From Myxococcota bacterium (GTDB lineage: Bacteria > Myxococcota > SpSt-1050): 10,965 nt of DNA. The stretch is taken from positions 17,917 to 28,881 of the forward strand of contig JBMFOP010000034.1 of assembly GCA_049969675.1 (NCBI GenBank), in the 5' to 3' direction. The first letter of the stretch is position 1; each line of letters begins with the position of its first letter. A model generated the notes under the pieces. It saw only the letters and a program-made list of their open reading frames with translations. It ran no database searches and was not told the origin of the DNA. Made by a program: the position numbers and the translations under genes. Shown piece by piece: positions 1 through 7,423 of this stretch.

Positions 1-234
1 AATCTTTTTTGATACAGATATTTTCAAAGAGTGAGTTTTATTAGGCGGTGAGAGAGACGAAGGCTGAAAAAGGGGTAAAGGGATTTAGATGTTGGGGGCA
101 ATTTGTAGCGATGCTATTTTGTCAATTAGGGCTGGCTCAATAAACCATATTAGACCTTACCTATTGTGCCAGATGTAGCAATTGTAGGGGCTAATTTCCA
201 TTTTATTCTGGATAAAGGCATTATCTTTTATTGG

Positions 235-263
235 TTGCATTAATTTAAGTTTCTTAGTAAAAT
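235..263 (+). promoter_or_regulatory. Putative sigma70-type promoter of the 838-aa lipoprotein gene
   Basis: TTGCAT (235-240), 17-bp spacer, TAAAAT (258-263). Followed by GGAGG (275-279) and ATG at 284. Confidence 0.6.
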
Positions 264-283
264 ACAATATATACGGAGGAAAT

Positions 284-2800
284 ATGGAAATAGTGAAAAT
301 TTCTATCACTTCCGCGATCGCCATTATATTACTTTTTCTGGTTTATTCCTGCTCTTCTGATGTAAACTCAATCTCTGATGCACTTTCAAGGGAAGATGCC
401 AGCCTCAGAAGGTGCACGACAAAGGCACAGTGCAATTCGGATGAGATCTGTGAGAACGGATTTTGTAAGAAAATTTCTATAACGAAATGCCGCACAAAGG
501 ATGACTGCATATATCCCGAGGAATGTATTCAGGGTGTATGTAAACAACCATCAGATGTAGGTGTGGAAGATGTCTCTTCTCTGGATGTAATTACCGATAT
601 CTCGTCTGGTGGGAGAATTATACCAGAGCCTGCACTAATAGATTTTGGCGCAATGTTATTTGGAGAGACAAAGAAGAAGAGCCTTACGATTAAGAATGCT
701 GGCACAGGGGATATTGTTATTTATAACTATGAACTGGATCCCGGGGCTGATACAGAGACATTTTCTATATCTTCATCGTTTGTAAAGAATTCAGTGCTTA
801 AGCCTGATGAAAGTTTTGAGATAGAGGTGAGATGCACTCAGACTGATGCAGACCCGGACAATACAAATATTATTATTACCTCAAGTGATGTGGGGGCAAG
901 TACACTCCGAGTTCCAGTCTATAATAAATACAAGGATAAGCCAGATCTGGGCATAAGATACAGAACCATTTTTGGTGTAGATAAGAGTTTTCCCGCTCAG
1001 GGAGATAAGAATGAAATTCTGTATGATATGGGGAATACTTCACTTGATATCGGTAGAAATGTGAATACGGTTGAGCTTGAGATTATAAATAACGCAGATG
1101 AAGGGATTTTTAAGATAGAGAAGGTAACTGATTTTATAAATACCAGGAATAAGTTTGAATATAAATTCTTTTCAAAGATCAGCAATCAGGAATTAAGTAC
1201 ACCCCTTTATCTCTCCGGGAAGGAGTCGGTCTTCTTGATAGTTGCATTTACAGCCACAGAGAAGTCAAATAACGATACTCTGGATTTGAATATCTACACA
1301 AATGATATGGATATAAATAATGATGGTTCAGAGAGTGAAAACGGATTGTTAATTATAAGATTCAGTACAAGGGCTGGGATATTTCCTCCCACCCTCTGGA
1401 CATCAGAAAATTTTATTGATTTTGGGCAGGTAAAGGTTCTGGATACTTCCCATAGACAGATTCAGATATGTAATAAGGGCGATGAGGATCTGATAATCTA
1501 TAACACCTCCCGAGTGCTGGGTTCCAAATTTACTCTTACGCCTTCTAATATTGAGAAAGTGCTCCTCTCCAACCTCTGTTACAATATAGATATTTCGTTC
1601 ACACCACTCAAGGAGGAAATGGTAGAAGATATCTTGCAGATAAATTCAAATGATGCAGAGAATCCAGAATACAAAATTGGGCTTAAAGGCGAGGGTATAA
1701 GTTGTGTAAAACAATCAGATACTGATGAGCCAGATGACGGATTTATAGATGCAAATTGTGATGGAATTGATGGAGAGATTACAAAGGGGTTATTTGTGGA
1801 TGTGCAGGGTGGAAGTGATAGCAATGACGGAAGTATAAATAACCCTTTAAAGACTATAGGTGCCGCTATTGCGAAGGCTGGCTCCATACCGCAGGTAAAA
1901 TATATACTTGTCTCGGAAGGGAATTATTATGAGAATTTCTCTCTGAACAAGGCAGTTGGCATATATGGAGGATACAGTCGCAGTAACAACTGGAGTCGTT
2001 CTGATTCGTATAAGGTAAATATCTATCCATCTCAGGAGGGTATATTGGTATCAAATGTCTCCTCAACTCTTTTATTTGACAGGTTAAATATCGCCTCACG
2101 GGATGCAGCAGATGCCTCTTCAAGTTCTTATGGAATGAAAATAATAAATTCATCCAACATGAAAATTCACAAATGTTCAATAAAGGCTGGTAGAGGAGCA
2201 AATGGCGTCGCCGGGACAAACGGGGATAATGGGACAAGCAATGACCCATCTACTGCAAAGGGGAAGTCCGGAACTCCGGGTTGTGAAGACTCCGGTGGAA
2301 TTTTATGTACAACCTGTTCAAAACCACTCGGGGGTGCCGGAGGTATAAGCGCCTGTGGTATGAATGGAGGTAAAGGAGGTGACGCAGGCAGGAGCAGTAA
2401 CTATGGACAGAATGGGGAGGCTGGAATCGGTCCCTCAGGCAGTGGTGGCGCCGGAGGTGTTGGCGGCCCTCCAGGGAGGGGTTCTGCATCACCACTTTCT
2501 ACACAGTACGGACAGAATGGGACAGATGGTGCAAATGGCAGTAATGGTGCCGGTGGATCAAATGTTGGGACATTCGCAGTTGATGGATATATTGCAACCA
2601 ATAATGGGCTTGACGGAGAGAGCGGCAAAGATGGGGCTGGAGGAGGTGGTGGTGGAGGTCCTTCAATTGTGATTTACAAAGGTGGGAGTAGTGTACTGAA
2701 TCAGAGTGGGACTACCTTTATAAGAGGGGGTGGTGGCTCTGGTGGTGAGAGTGCTGGCAATAGGGGGGCGAACGGAATCTCTGCTGAAATATATCCATAA
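284..2800 (+). CDS. Large multidomain cell-surface lipoprotein: Cys-rich repeats, ASH/choice-of-anchor-D-like Ig domains, DxNCDG putative metal-binding motif, DUF1565-like motif with probable beta-helix, Gly-rich (PGRS-like) tail
   Basis: 838-aa ORF with SD GGAGG. Hydrophobic N-terminus ends in lipobox-like LVYSC. Two C-x5-C-x5-C-x2-G-x-C repeats. IDFG...(I/L)xNxG...S(S/N)D Ig-like segments. DEPDDGFIDANCDGIDG, FVDVQGGSDSNDGSINNPLKTIGAAI and GxxGxxG/GGxGG tail. The gene call is secure; the function is inferred from motifs only. Confidence 0.9.
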   Translation: MEIVKISITSAIAIILLFLVYSCSSDVNSISDALSREDASLRRCTTKAQCNSDEICENGFCKKISITKCRTKDDCIYPEECIQGVCKQPSDVGVEDVSSLDVITDISSGGRIIPEPALIDFGAMLFGETKKKSLTIKNAGTGDIVIYNYELDPGADTETFSISSSFVKNSVLKPDESFEIEVRCTQTDADPDNTNIIITSSDVGASTLRVPVYNKYKDKPDLGIRYRTIFGVDKSFPAQGDKNEILYDMGNTSLDIGRNVNTVELEIINNADEGIFKIEKVTDFINTRNKFEYKFFSKISNQELSTPLYLSGKESVFLIVAFTATEKSNNDTLDLNIYTNDMDINNDGSESENGLLIIRFSTRAGIFPPTLWTSENFIDFGQVKVLDTSHRQIQICNKGDEDLIIYNTSRVLGSKFTLTPSNIEKVLLSNLCYNIDISFTPLKEEMVEDILQINSNDAENPEYKIGLKGEGISCVKQSDTDEPDDGFIDANCDGIDGEITKGLFVDVQGGSDSNDGSINNPLKTIGAAIAKAGSIPQVKYILVSEGNYYENFSLNKAVGIYGGYSRSNNWSRSDSYKVNIYPSQEGILVSNVSSTLLFDRLNIASRDAADASSSSYGMKIINSSNMKIHKCSIKAGRGANGVAGTNGDNGTSNDPSTAKGKSGTPGCEDSGGILCTTCSKPLGGAGGISACGMNGGKGGDAGRSSNYGQNGEAGIGPSGSGGAGGVGGPPGRGSASPLSTQYGQNGTDGANGSNGAGGSNVGTFAVDGYIATNNGLDGESGKDGAGGGGGGGPSIVIYKGGSSVLNQSGTTFIRGGGGSGGESAGNRGANGISAEIYP
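413..541 (+). repeat. Two tandem protein-level four-cysteine repeats within the lipoprotein
   Basis: CTTKAQCNSDEICENGFC and CRTKDDCIYPEECIQGVC have identical Cys spacing and a conserved E and G. Confidence 0.8.
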
Positions 2801-2862
2801 GAGATATAAAGTTGAGAGGAAGGATCAGAAGATAAAAAGGGTTTTTAAGATAGGAGGTTGAG

Positions 2863-3192
2863 ATGAGCAATATTTATAGAGTTTTTAAGATCAAAAAGGG
2901 TGGCAAAACTTTTGAGGTCTTAGATTATGAGTTCTTCAACAGGAATAAGGATCAGCTGGGTGATATTGTCAGGACATATATAACAAGACCGGATGGTTCT
3001 GTCAGAGAGGAATATGTTATCAAGGGAAAATTTTTGAAGTGTTTTTGCGGAAATCTGTTTGAATGGATTGAGGTATCTGGCGGTGAGATAGTAAGTCTGT
3101 ACTGTCATCAGTGTGCTAGGGACATTCTCAGATGGGTAAAGAATAAGAAGAGAAGTGTTGAGGAGAGTCCAAGAGATATAAGAGAGAAGTAA
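2863..3192 (+). CDS. Small hypothetical protein with a CxC...CxxC zinc-ribbon-like motif
   Basis: 109-aa ORF with a strong SD (AGGAGGT) just before ATG 2863. Motif CFC-x18-CHQC. It occupies the gap between two larger genes. Confidence 0.75.
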   Translation: MSNIYRVFKIKKGGKTFEVLDYEFFNRNKDQLGDIVRTYITRPDGSVREEYVIKGKFLKCFCGNLFEWIEVSGGEIVSLYCHQCARDILRWVKNKKRSVEESPRDIREK

Positions 3193-3342
3193 GACAATTT
3201 TTAAAACTGTTGGGCATTCCCATTTAGTATATCTCTAATATTAAGAGATTAAGAGATCTACAAATTGATGGAGAGGTTCTAAAATACTTGAAGCGCAGAT
3301 AAAAATCTGTTAGTGATAATCTCACAGGGAGGTAGAGTAGTG

Positions 3343-4440
3343 ATGAGAGATTTTTTTATTTTTTTCCTGTTTATAGCCATAACTACGATTCTATCGTACT
3401 CCTGCAAAAGCCAACCGAAGGAGATAAAGATTGGCTTTATTGGTTCACTCACTGGTAACTTTTCACCCTATGGGAGGAGGGCACTTGAAGGGACAAAGAT
3501 GGCTATAGAGGAGATAAATAAGAATGGTGGAATTGATGGAAAGAGGTTTGTATTGTATCTTGAGGATGATAGGTCCTCTGGAGAACCAGCCCTCGAGTCT
3601 ATTACAAAGCTTGCTGAGTTTGATAAGGTAAATGCCATTCTCGCCTTTGTATCTCCACCAGCCCTGAGCCTTGGTGGGCCAAAGGCAGAGCAGGAGAAGA
3701 CTGTATTTATCTCTTCCAGAACGATCACATCCATTGGAAATGAGGCAGGTGAGTATCTATTTCAGGCATATTCAGAGGGGGCGCTTGAGGCAATAGAACT
3801 GGCGATTGTGGCAAGAAACAAGCTAAAGGCGAAGTCCGCATCCATCCTTTATGCAAATGTACCTGTTGCAATTAATCTTGCACAGGTCTTCAAGAAGAAT
3901 TTTCAGGAGAGAGGTGGAGAGATAGCGAGTTTTGATTTCTATCCACCAAAGAGGAACAATTTTAAGGCGGATGTTGAGGCTATTAAGAGACATGAGCCAG
4001 ATGTGATTTACATTGTTGGAGATTTTGATGAGATGTTGTTAATTGCCAAAACATTGTCTCAACTCGGAGTAAAGAGGCATCTCATTGTCTCAGGCGTATC
4101 GGGGACGGAGGTTGTGCAGGAGATTCAGAAATATACAGACAAACTCGTCTTTCTTGCGCCTGAACTCTCTATCTCAAAATCTATAGGTGAAGTAGTAAAA
4201 CTCAATTTAAATAAAGAACAGATGGATATCTTTGTGGGAGAGGCCTATGATATTACTCACTATCTTGCCTATATAATCAAAAAATACGGAACGACATCTG
4301 AGAAGATTGCTCAGGGAATAGTTCAGGAACCTGTATTTACGGGAGTCAATGGAAGGCATAAGATGATTAGGGGGAACTCAACTCCGCAGGTCCAACCTGT
4401 TATGACGATAAAGAATGGACAGTATGTCCCTTTAGAATAA
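3343..4440 (+). CDS. ABC transporter substrate-binding lipoprotein, branched-chain amino acid (LivK/LivJ-like, type 1 periplasmic binding fold) family
   Basis: Motifs IKIGFIGSLTG, AIEEINKNGGIDG, EDD, PDVIY and AYD near the C-terminus. Lipobox-like LSYSC. SD GGAGG at 3328-3332 favours a start at ATG 3343 (or GTG 3340) over the track's 3313. Confidence 0.88.
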   Translation: MRDFFIFFLFIAITTILSYSCKSQPKEIKIGFIGSLTGNFSPYGRRALEGTKMAIEEINKNGGIDGKRFVLYLEDDRSSGEPALESITKLAEFDKVNAILAFVSPPALSLGGPKAEQEKTVFISSRTITSIGNEAGEYLFQAYSEGALEAIELAIVARNKLKAKSASILYANVPVAINLAQVFKKNFQERGGEIASFDFYPPKRNNFKADVEAIKRHEPDVIYIVGDFDEMLLIAKTLSQLGVKRHLIVSGVSGTEVVQEIQKYTDKLVFLAPELSISKSIGEVVKLNLNKEQMDIFVGEAYDITHYLAYIIKKYGTTSEKIAQGIVQEPVFTGVNGRHKMIRGNSTPQVQPVMTIKNGQYVPLE

Positions 4441-4444
4441 TTTA

Positions 4445-5656
4445 TTATTTTGCTACATTTTTTCCAGAGATATATCCAGTAGCAAATGCCCAGTGTAGAT
4501 TATATCCGCCCTCAAATCCATCAACATCCAGAATTTCACCTGCAAAGAATAGTCCTTTTACGAGTCTGGATTCAAGTGTGTTTGAACGAACCTCATCAAC
4601 CGATACGCCACCAGTTGTAATGTGAGCAGTCCTGAACCCCTTCGAACCAGATACATTTATCTTAAAATTGGTTAGATTTTCAATAAGCCTTAATCTCTCT
4701 TCCTTTTTAAGCTCCGCGACTATCCTCTCCTTCGGGACCTCAGAGAGAGAGAGTATCCGCTCCGCCAGTCTATCTGGTAGAAATCTCTTCAATAGATTTA
4801 TTACCCTCTTCTTCCCTGAAGATATTATCTCCTGTTGAAATATCTCCTCTATCTGTTTTTTGGTGTGATGAGGTATGAAGTTTATATAGACGGAGGTCTC
4901 TTTCTCTCTTGATATCCTGATATATCTCCCGCTTATATTCATTGTTGCAGGACCTGATATACCACTATGAGTAAAGAGTAATCTTCCACTCTGGCGCTCC
5001 TCTATCTTTAATCTCCTGTTTCTGAGGATTATCTCGGCATCAACAGTAATCCCCTGAAGCCTTGAAAACGGATCTGGCTTCAGATTGAGAGAGATGAGTC
5101 CGGGCAGCGGATGTACGATGTGATGTCCAAACGACTCGGCAATCACATATCCATATCCATCAGAACCCGTCTGTGGATAGGATTTGCCACCTGTTGCTAT
5201 AATGATTCTATCAAAGGTTTGAGCAGAATTTTTGTAATATAGGAGAAATCTATTATCCTCTATCTCTGCCTTCTCTACAAATGCCCTGTAAACTATCTCT
5301 GTCCCCAGGGATGCGGTGTAGTTTATGAGTTTATAGGCGGTCTCCTTTGCATCCCCTGTATAGATTCTCCCATCTTTTTCAATATAATATTTGCTGCCAA
5401 TCTCATTTAATAGAGAAAGTAGTGCTTCTTTATTGAAGCCGTTTAATATATTCCTTATAAAGTTTTTTGAGCCACCACTATAATATTTCTCAGATAGATT
5501 CTCATTTGAGATATTACACCTTCCGCCACCGGAGAGGACAAATTTGTTGAGTACAGATTCGGTTCTCTCAAGTACGGTTACATCGGCACCCGATTTAGAT
5601 GCGGCAATAGATGCAACAATTCCAGAGGCTCCTCCTCCTATAATCCCGATTTTCAT
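4445..5656 (-). CDS. HI0933/YhiN (BaiN/RdsA-like) family NAD(P)/FAD-dependent oxidoreductase
   Basis: 403 aa. N-terminal dinucleotide-binding IIGGGASG, then SGGGRCNISN, ATGGKSYPQTGSDGYGY, LLFTHSGISGP, TTGGV and GLFFAGEILDVDGFEGGYNL. These are all hallmark motifs of the family. Substrate not determinable from sequence. Confidence 0.93.
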   Translation of the reverse strand: MKIGIIGGGASGIVASIAASKSGADVTVLERTESVLNKFVLSGGGRCNISNENLSEKYYSGGSKNFIRNILNGFNKEALLSLLNEIGSKYYIEKDGRIYTGDAKETAYKLINYTASLGTEIVYRAFVEKAEIEDNRFLLYYKNSAQTFDRIIIATGGKSYPQTGSDGYGYVIAESFGHHIVHPLPGLISLNLKPDPFSRLQGITVDAEIILRNRRLKIEERQSGRLLFTHSGISGPATMNISGRYIRISREKETSVYINFIPHHTKKQIEEIFQQEIISSGKKRVINLLKRFLPDRLAERILSLSEVPKERIVAELKKEERLRLIENLTNFKINVSGSKGFRTAHITTGGVSVDEVRSNTLESRLVKGLFFAGEILDVDGFEGGYNLHWAFATGYISGKNVAK

Positions 5657-5662
5657 TATTGT

Positions 5663-5845
5663 TTACTTATTGCCTTTCTGCCTCTTCTGGGGGAAGAGGT
5701 CTCTGATATTTATGATTTCTATGTTCTGTGCTGCATCCTGTGTCTTCTCTATATATTCTTTTACTTTCTGTCTATGTGAGGGGTTGGCTCTCTGTAATCT
5801 GTCTATCACCCTTTTATCAAATGTAAAAATCTCTGAAACCTTCAT
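5663..5845 (-). CDS. Small basic hypothetical protein (60 aa), probably co-transcribed with the flavoprotein gene
   Basis: Strong SD (AGGAGGT) 5 nt before the ATG. It fills the gap between two genes, and its stop lies 6 nt before the flavoprotein ATG. Confidence 0.65.
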   Translation of the reverse strand: MKVSEIFTFDKRVIDRLQRANPSHRQKVKEYIEKTQDAAQNIEIINIRDLFPQKRQKGNK

Positions 5846-5871
5846 CCTGCACCTCCTGAGATGGATTGGGA

Positions 5872-5900
5872 CTTTTAAATTAAAAAAGTGAGTTTGTCAA
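5872..5900 (-). promoter_or_regulatory. Putative internal promoter for the 60-aa ORF and flavoprotein gene
   Basis: On the minus strand, a perfect TTGACA (5900-5895), a 17-bp spacer and an imperfect -10 (TAAAAG), upstream of the SD. Confidence 0.4.
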
Positions 5901-5911
5901 ATCTGATTAAT

Positions 5912-6811
5912 TCAGGTGGTAAGCGGGATATCTATATCTGTATTCCTTTTGCGGGTTACCAATGAGACACCGCCGATAATCAGAATACCGCCAATGAGCG
6001 TGTAGATTGTTGGAGATGTTTTGAGCAGGACAGCCGAGATTATAGCAGTAAAGATCGGTATGAGGTTGGTAAATAGTGATGCAACAGAGCCTTCAATCCT
6101 TGATAATCCTTTGGCATATAGTAAATATGCGAAGAAAGTTGGGAAGACTCCAAGATATACAAGGGCGAGAGTAGATTGAGTATCCCATCTAAATTTAAAT
6201 GATGGATAGTTCTCATAGACCGCAAGTGGAAGATAAAATACAACTGTAAAAATCACCTGAAATGAGGCAAGTGTAAATGAACTATACTTCTTTGCAAGCC
6301 TTGAGAGCAGCACTGTAAATGATGAGGCAGTTATTGTCGCCATAAGAACTAAAAAGATTCCACGAGGAGTGGAATGAATAGAGTTTTTAGAACCATTTTC
6401 AAAGAGCGAGATAATAATTACACCTGATATTGAGAGCAGAATTCCAGCAATTTTTGCGATGTTTATATTTTCAATCTTAAATGCCCACGCAATGAGCAAT
6501 ACAAAGACCGGTATAAGGGCGATGATGAGAGCCGCTATTGTTGGGTCTGTCTCCTTTATCCCGTATGTCTCAAATAGAAAGTAAAGGCCGGGTTCAAAGA
6601 TGCAGAGTAGAATAAGCCACTTCAGGTCTCTTCTTTCAATCTTTTGAAATCCTATAAACCTTGAGGCAGTCAGAACAATTACAGAGCCAATAACATATCT
6701 AAAGAAGATGAGCGTCATTGGTTTTATCTGATATAGTGCAATCTTTGTACCAACAAAAGAACCACCCCATAAAAGGGCTGCAGTAATCATATATATGTAG
6801 TATCTCAACAT
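5912..6811 (-). CDS. EamA/DMT family transporter
   Basis: 299 aa with about 10 hydrophobic segments in two repeats. Motifs LLWGGSFVGTK, FFRY, IIALIPVF, LYAKGL and NLIPIF...GGILIIGGV. Confidence 0.93.
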   Translation of the reverse strand: MLRYYIYMITAALLWGGSFVGTKIALYQIKPMTLIFFRYVIGSVIVLTASRFIGFQKIERRDLKWLILLCIFEPGLYFLFETYGIKETDPTIAALIIALIPVFVLLIAWAFKIENINIAKIAGILLSISGVIIISLFENGSKNSIHSTPRGIFLVLMATITASSFTVLLSRLAKKYSSFTLASFQVIFTVVFYLPLAVYENYPSFKFRWDTQSTLALVYLGVFPTFFAYLLYAKGLSRIEGSVASLFTNLIPIFTAIISAVLLKTSPTIYTLIGGILIIGGVSLVTRKRNTDIDIPLTT

Positions 6812-6820
6812 AGAGGAGAT

Positions 6821-6849
6821 TTGATATCATCTGATATAAAGATTTTCAA
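6821..6849 (-). promoter_or_regulatory. Possible proximal promoter of the EamA gene (very short or no leader)
   Basis: On the minus strand, TTGAAA (6849-6844), 17 bp, then TATCAA (6826-6821) preceded by TGa. It ends 9 nt before ATG 6811, which has no SD. The -10 is imperfect. Confidence 0.3.
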
Positions 6850-7162
6850 TTTTATAATCTCCTAAATTGAGCGATTTTTGTAATAAACGGGGCTTTTCTT
6901 GTAAAAACATCCCTTATCAAGGAGTTGTTGAACAATAAATGCAATTTTTATCAATAAATCAGGTTCTCTTTTACAAAATCAGATTACATCTCTTCCCTAT
7001 CCCTTAAATATCTTTTCAACTTATATAACACATAAATAACTCACCTAATTCGGAATAGCCGAAACCAAAAGCCCTGAAAAATCTTCTGCACATTTTGCGT
7101 AGAAGTTATGATTAAAGAATCTAACCCGCTCCTTATCCATTATGTGTAGGAAATATGTAATA

Positions 7163-7190
7163 ATAGTAGATTGAGAGATTGGTTTGTCAA
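7163..7190 (-). promoter_or_regulatory. Putative sigma70-type promoter, divergent from the poly-T promoter
   Basis: On the minus strand, TTGACA (7190-7185), 16-bp spacer, TACTAT (7168-7163). Confidence 0.45.
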
Positions 7191-7330
7191 TTATTCCTTT
7201 TTCATCTTCCTCAATATAATTTTTACTCATATCCAGGGACAATCTCCTTGGCTTTATATACGATCTAAATATCCGTCGTCGGCTCTGAAACACCTTCTGA
7301 TTTTTACCCCAACCCCACTTAAAAAAATTC

Positions 7331-7362
7331 TTGACTTGTTTTTTTTTTTTTTTTGATATAAT
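7331..7362 (+). promoter_or_regulatory. Sigma70-type promoter with a poly-T tract in the -35/-10 spacer (candidate phase-variable promoter)
   Basis: TTGACT (7331-7336), 20-bp spacer, TATAAT (7357-7362) with an extended TG (7354-7355). An A7 tract (7321-7327) sits at the UP-element position. SD AGGGAGGT (7411-7418) and ATG 7424 lie downstream. Confidence 0.8.
7339..7354 (+). repeat. T16 homopolymer (simple sequence repeat)
   Basis: Sixteen consecutive T residues counted directly. It is by far the longest homopolymer I saw in the window. Confidence 0.95.
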
Positions 7363-7423
7363 ACAAATTATGAATAGGGAGATGAAGAGATTTTTTTAAA
7401 AAATTCTAACAGGGAGGTAAAAT

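Noticed and set aside
90..200. GTAG/GTAGGGGC-like motifs suggesting REP elements, and a minus-strand TTGACA at 120-125
   Set aside because: No convincing palindromic stem follows the GTAG motifs, and there is no -10 box at suitable spacing from the TTGACA.
997..2672. Six short track ORFs overlapping the 838-aa gene (997-1185, 1579-1887, 1866-2249, 2250-2495, 2364-2672, 2401-2628)
   Set aside because: They are antisense or alternate-frame shadows of a well-supported gene. The Pro-rich and His/Arg-rich translations are by-products of Gly codon repeats.
2180..2790. Calling the Gly-rich tail a collagen or a true mycobacterial PE_PGRS protein
   Set aside because: Gly-X-Y runs are short and interrupted by GG motifs, and there is no PE domain. 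The similarity is compositional only.
3231..3257. Short tandem repeat (TTAAGAGA x2) and small inverted repeat (ATCTCT...AGAGAT)
   Set aside because: Too short and AT-rich to distinguish from chance. No U-tract for a terminator and no CRISPR-like periodicity.
2920..6243. Track ORFs 2920-3108, 3468-3734, 5544-5891 and 6040-6243
   Set aside because: Each lies over a better-supported gene and shows no recognisable motif.
7045..7293. 82-aa minus-strand ORF as a gene or transposase remnant
   Set aside because: GTG start with a weak SD, no recognisable motif, no terminal inverted repeats, and a promoter-like sequence inside it. Not excluded, but unsupported.
7171..7356. 61-aa + strand ORF ending in poly-Phe through the T16 tract (frameshift-type phase variation)
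   Set aside because: It has a TTG start without a clear SD and no protein-like features. The tract sits exactly between -35 and -10 boxes, which explains it better.
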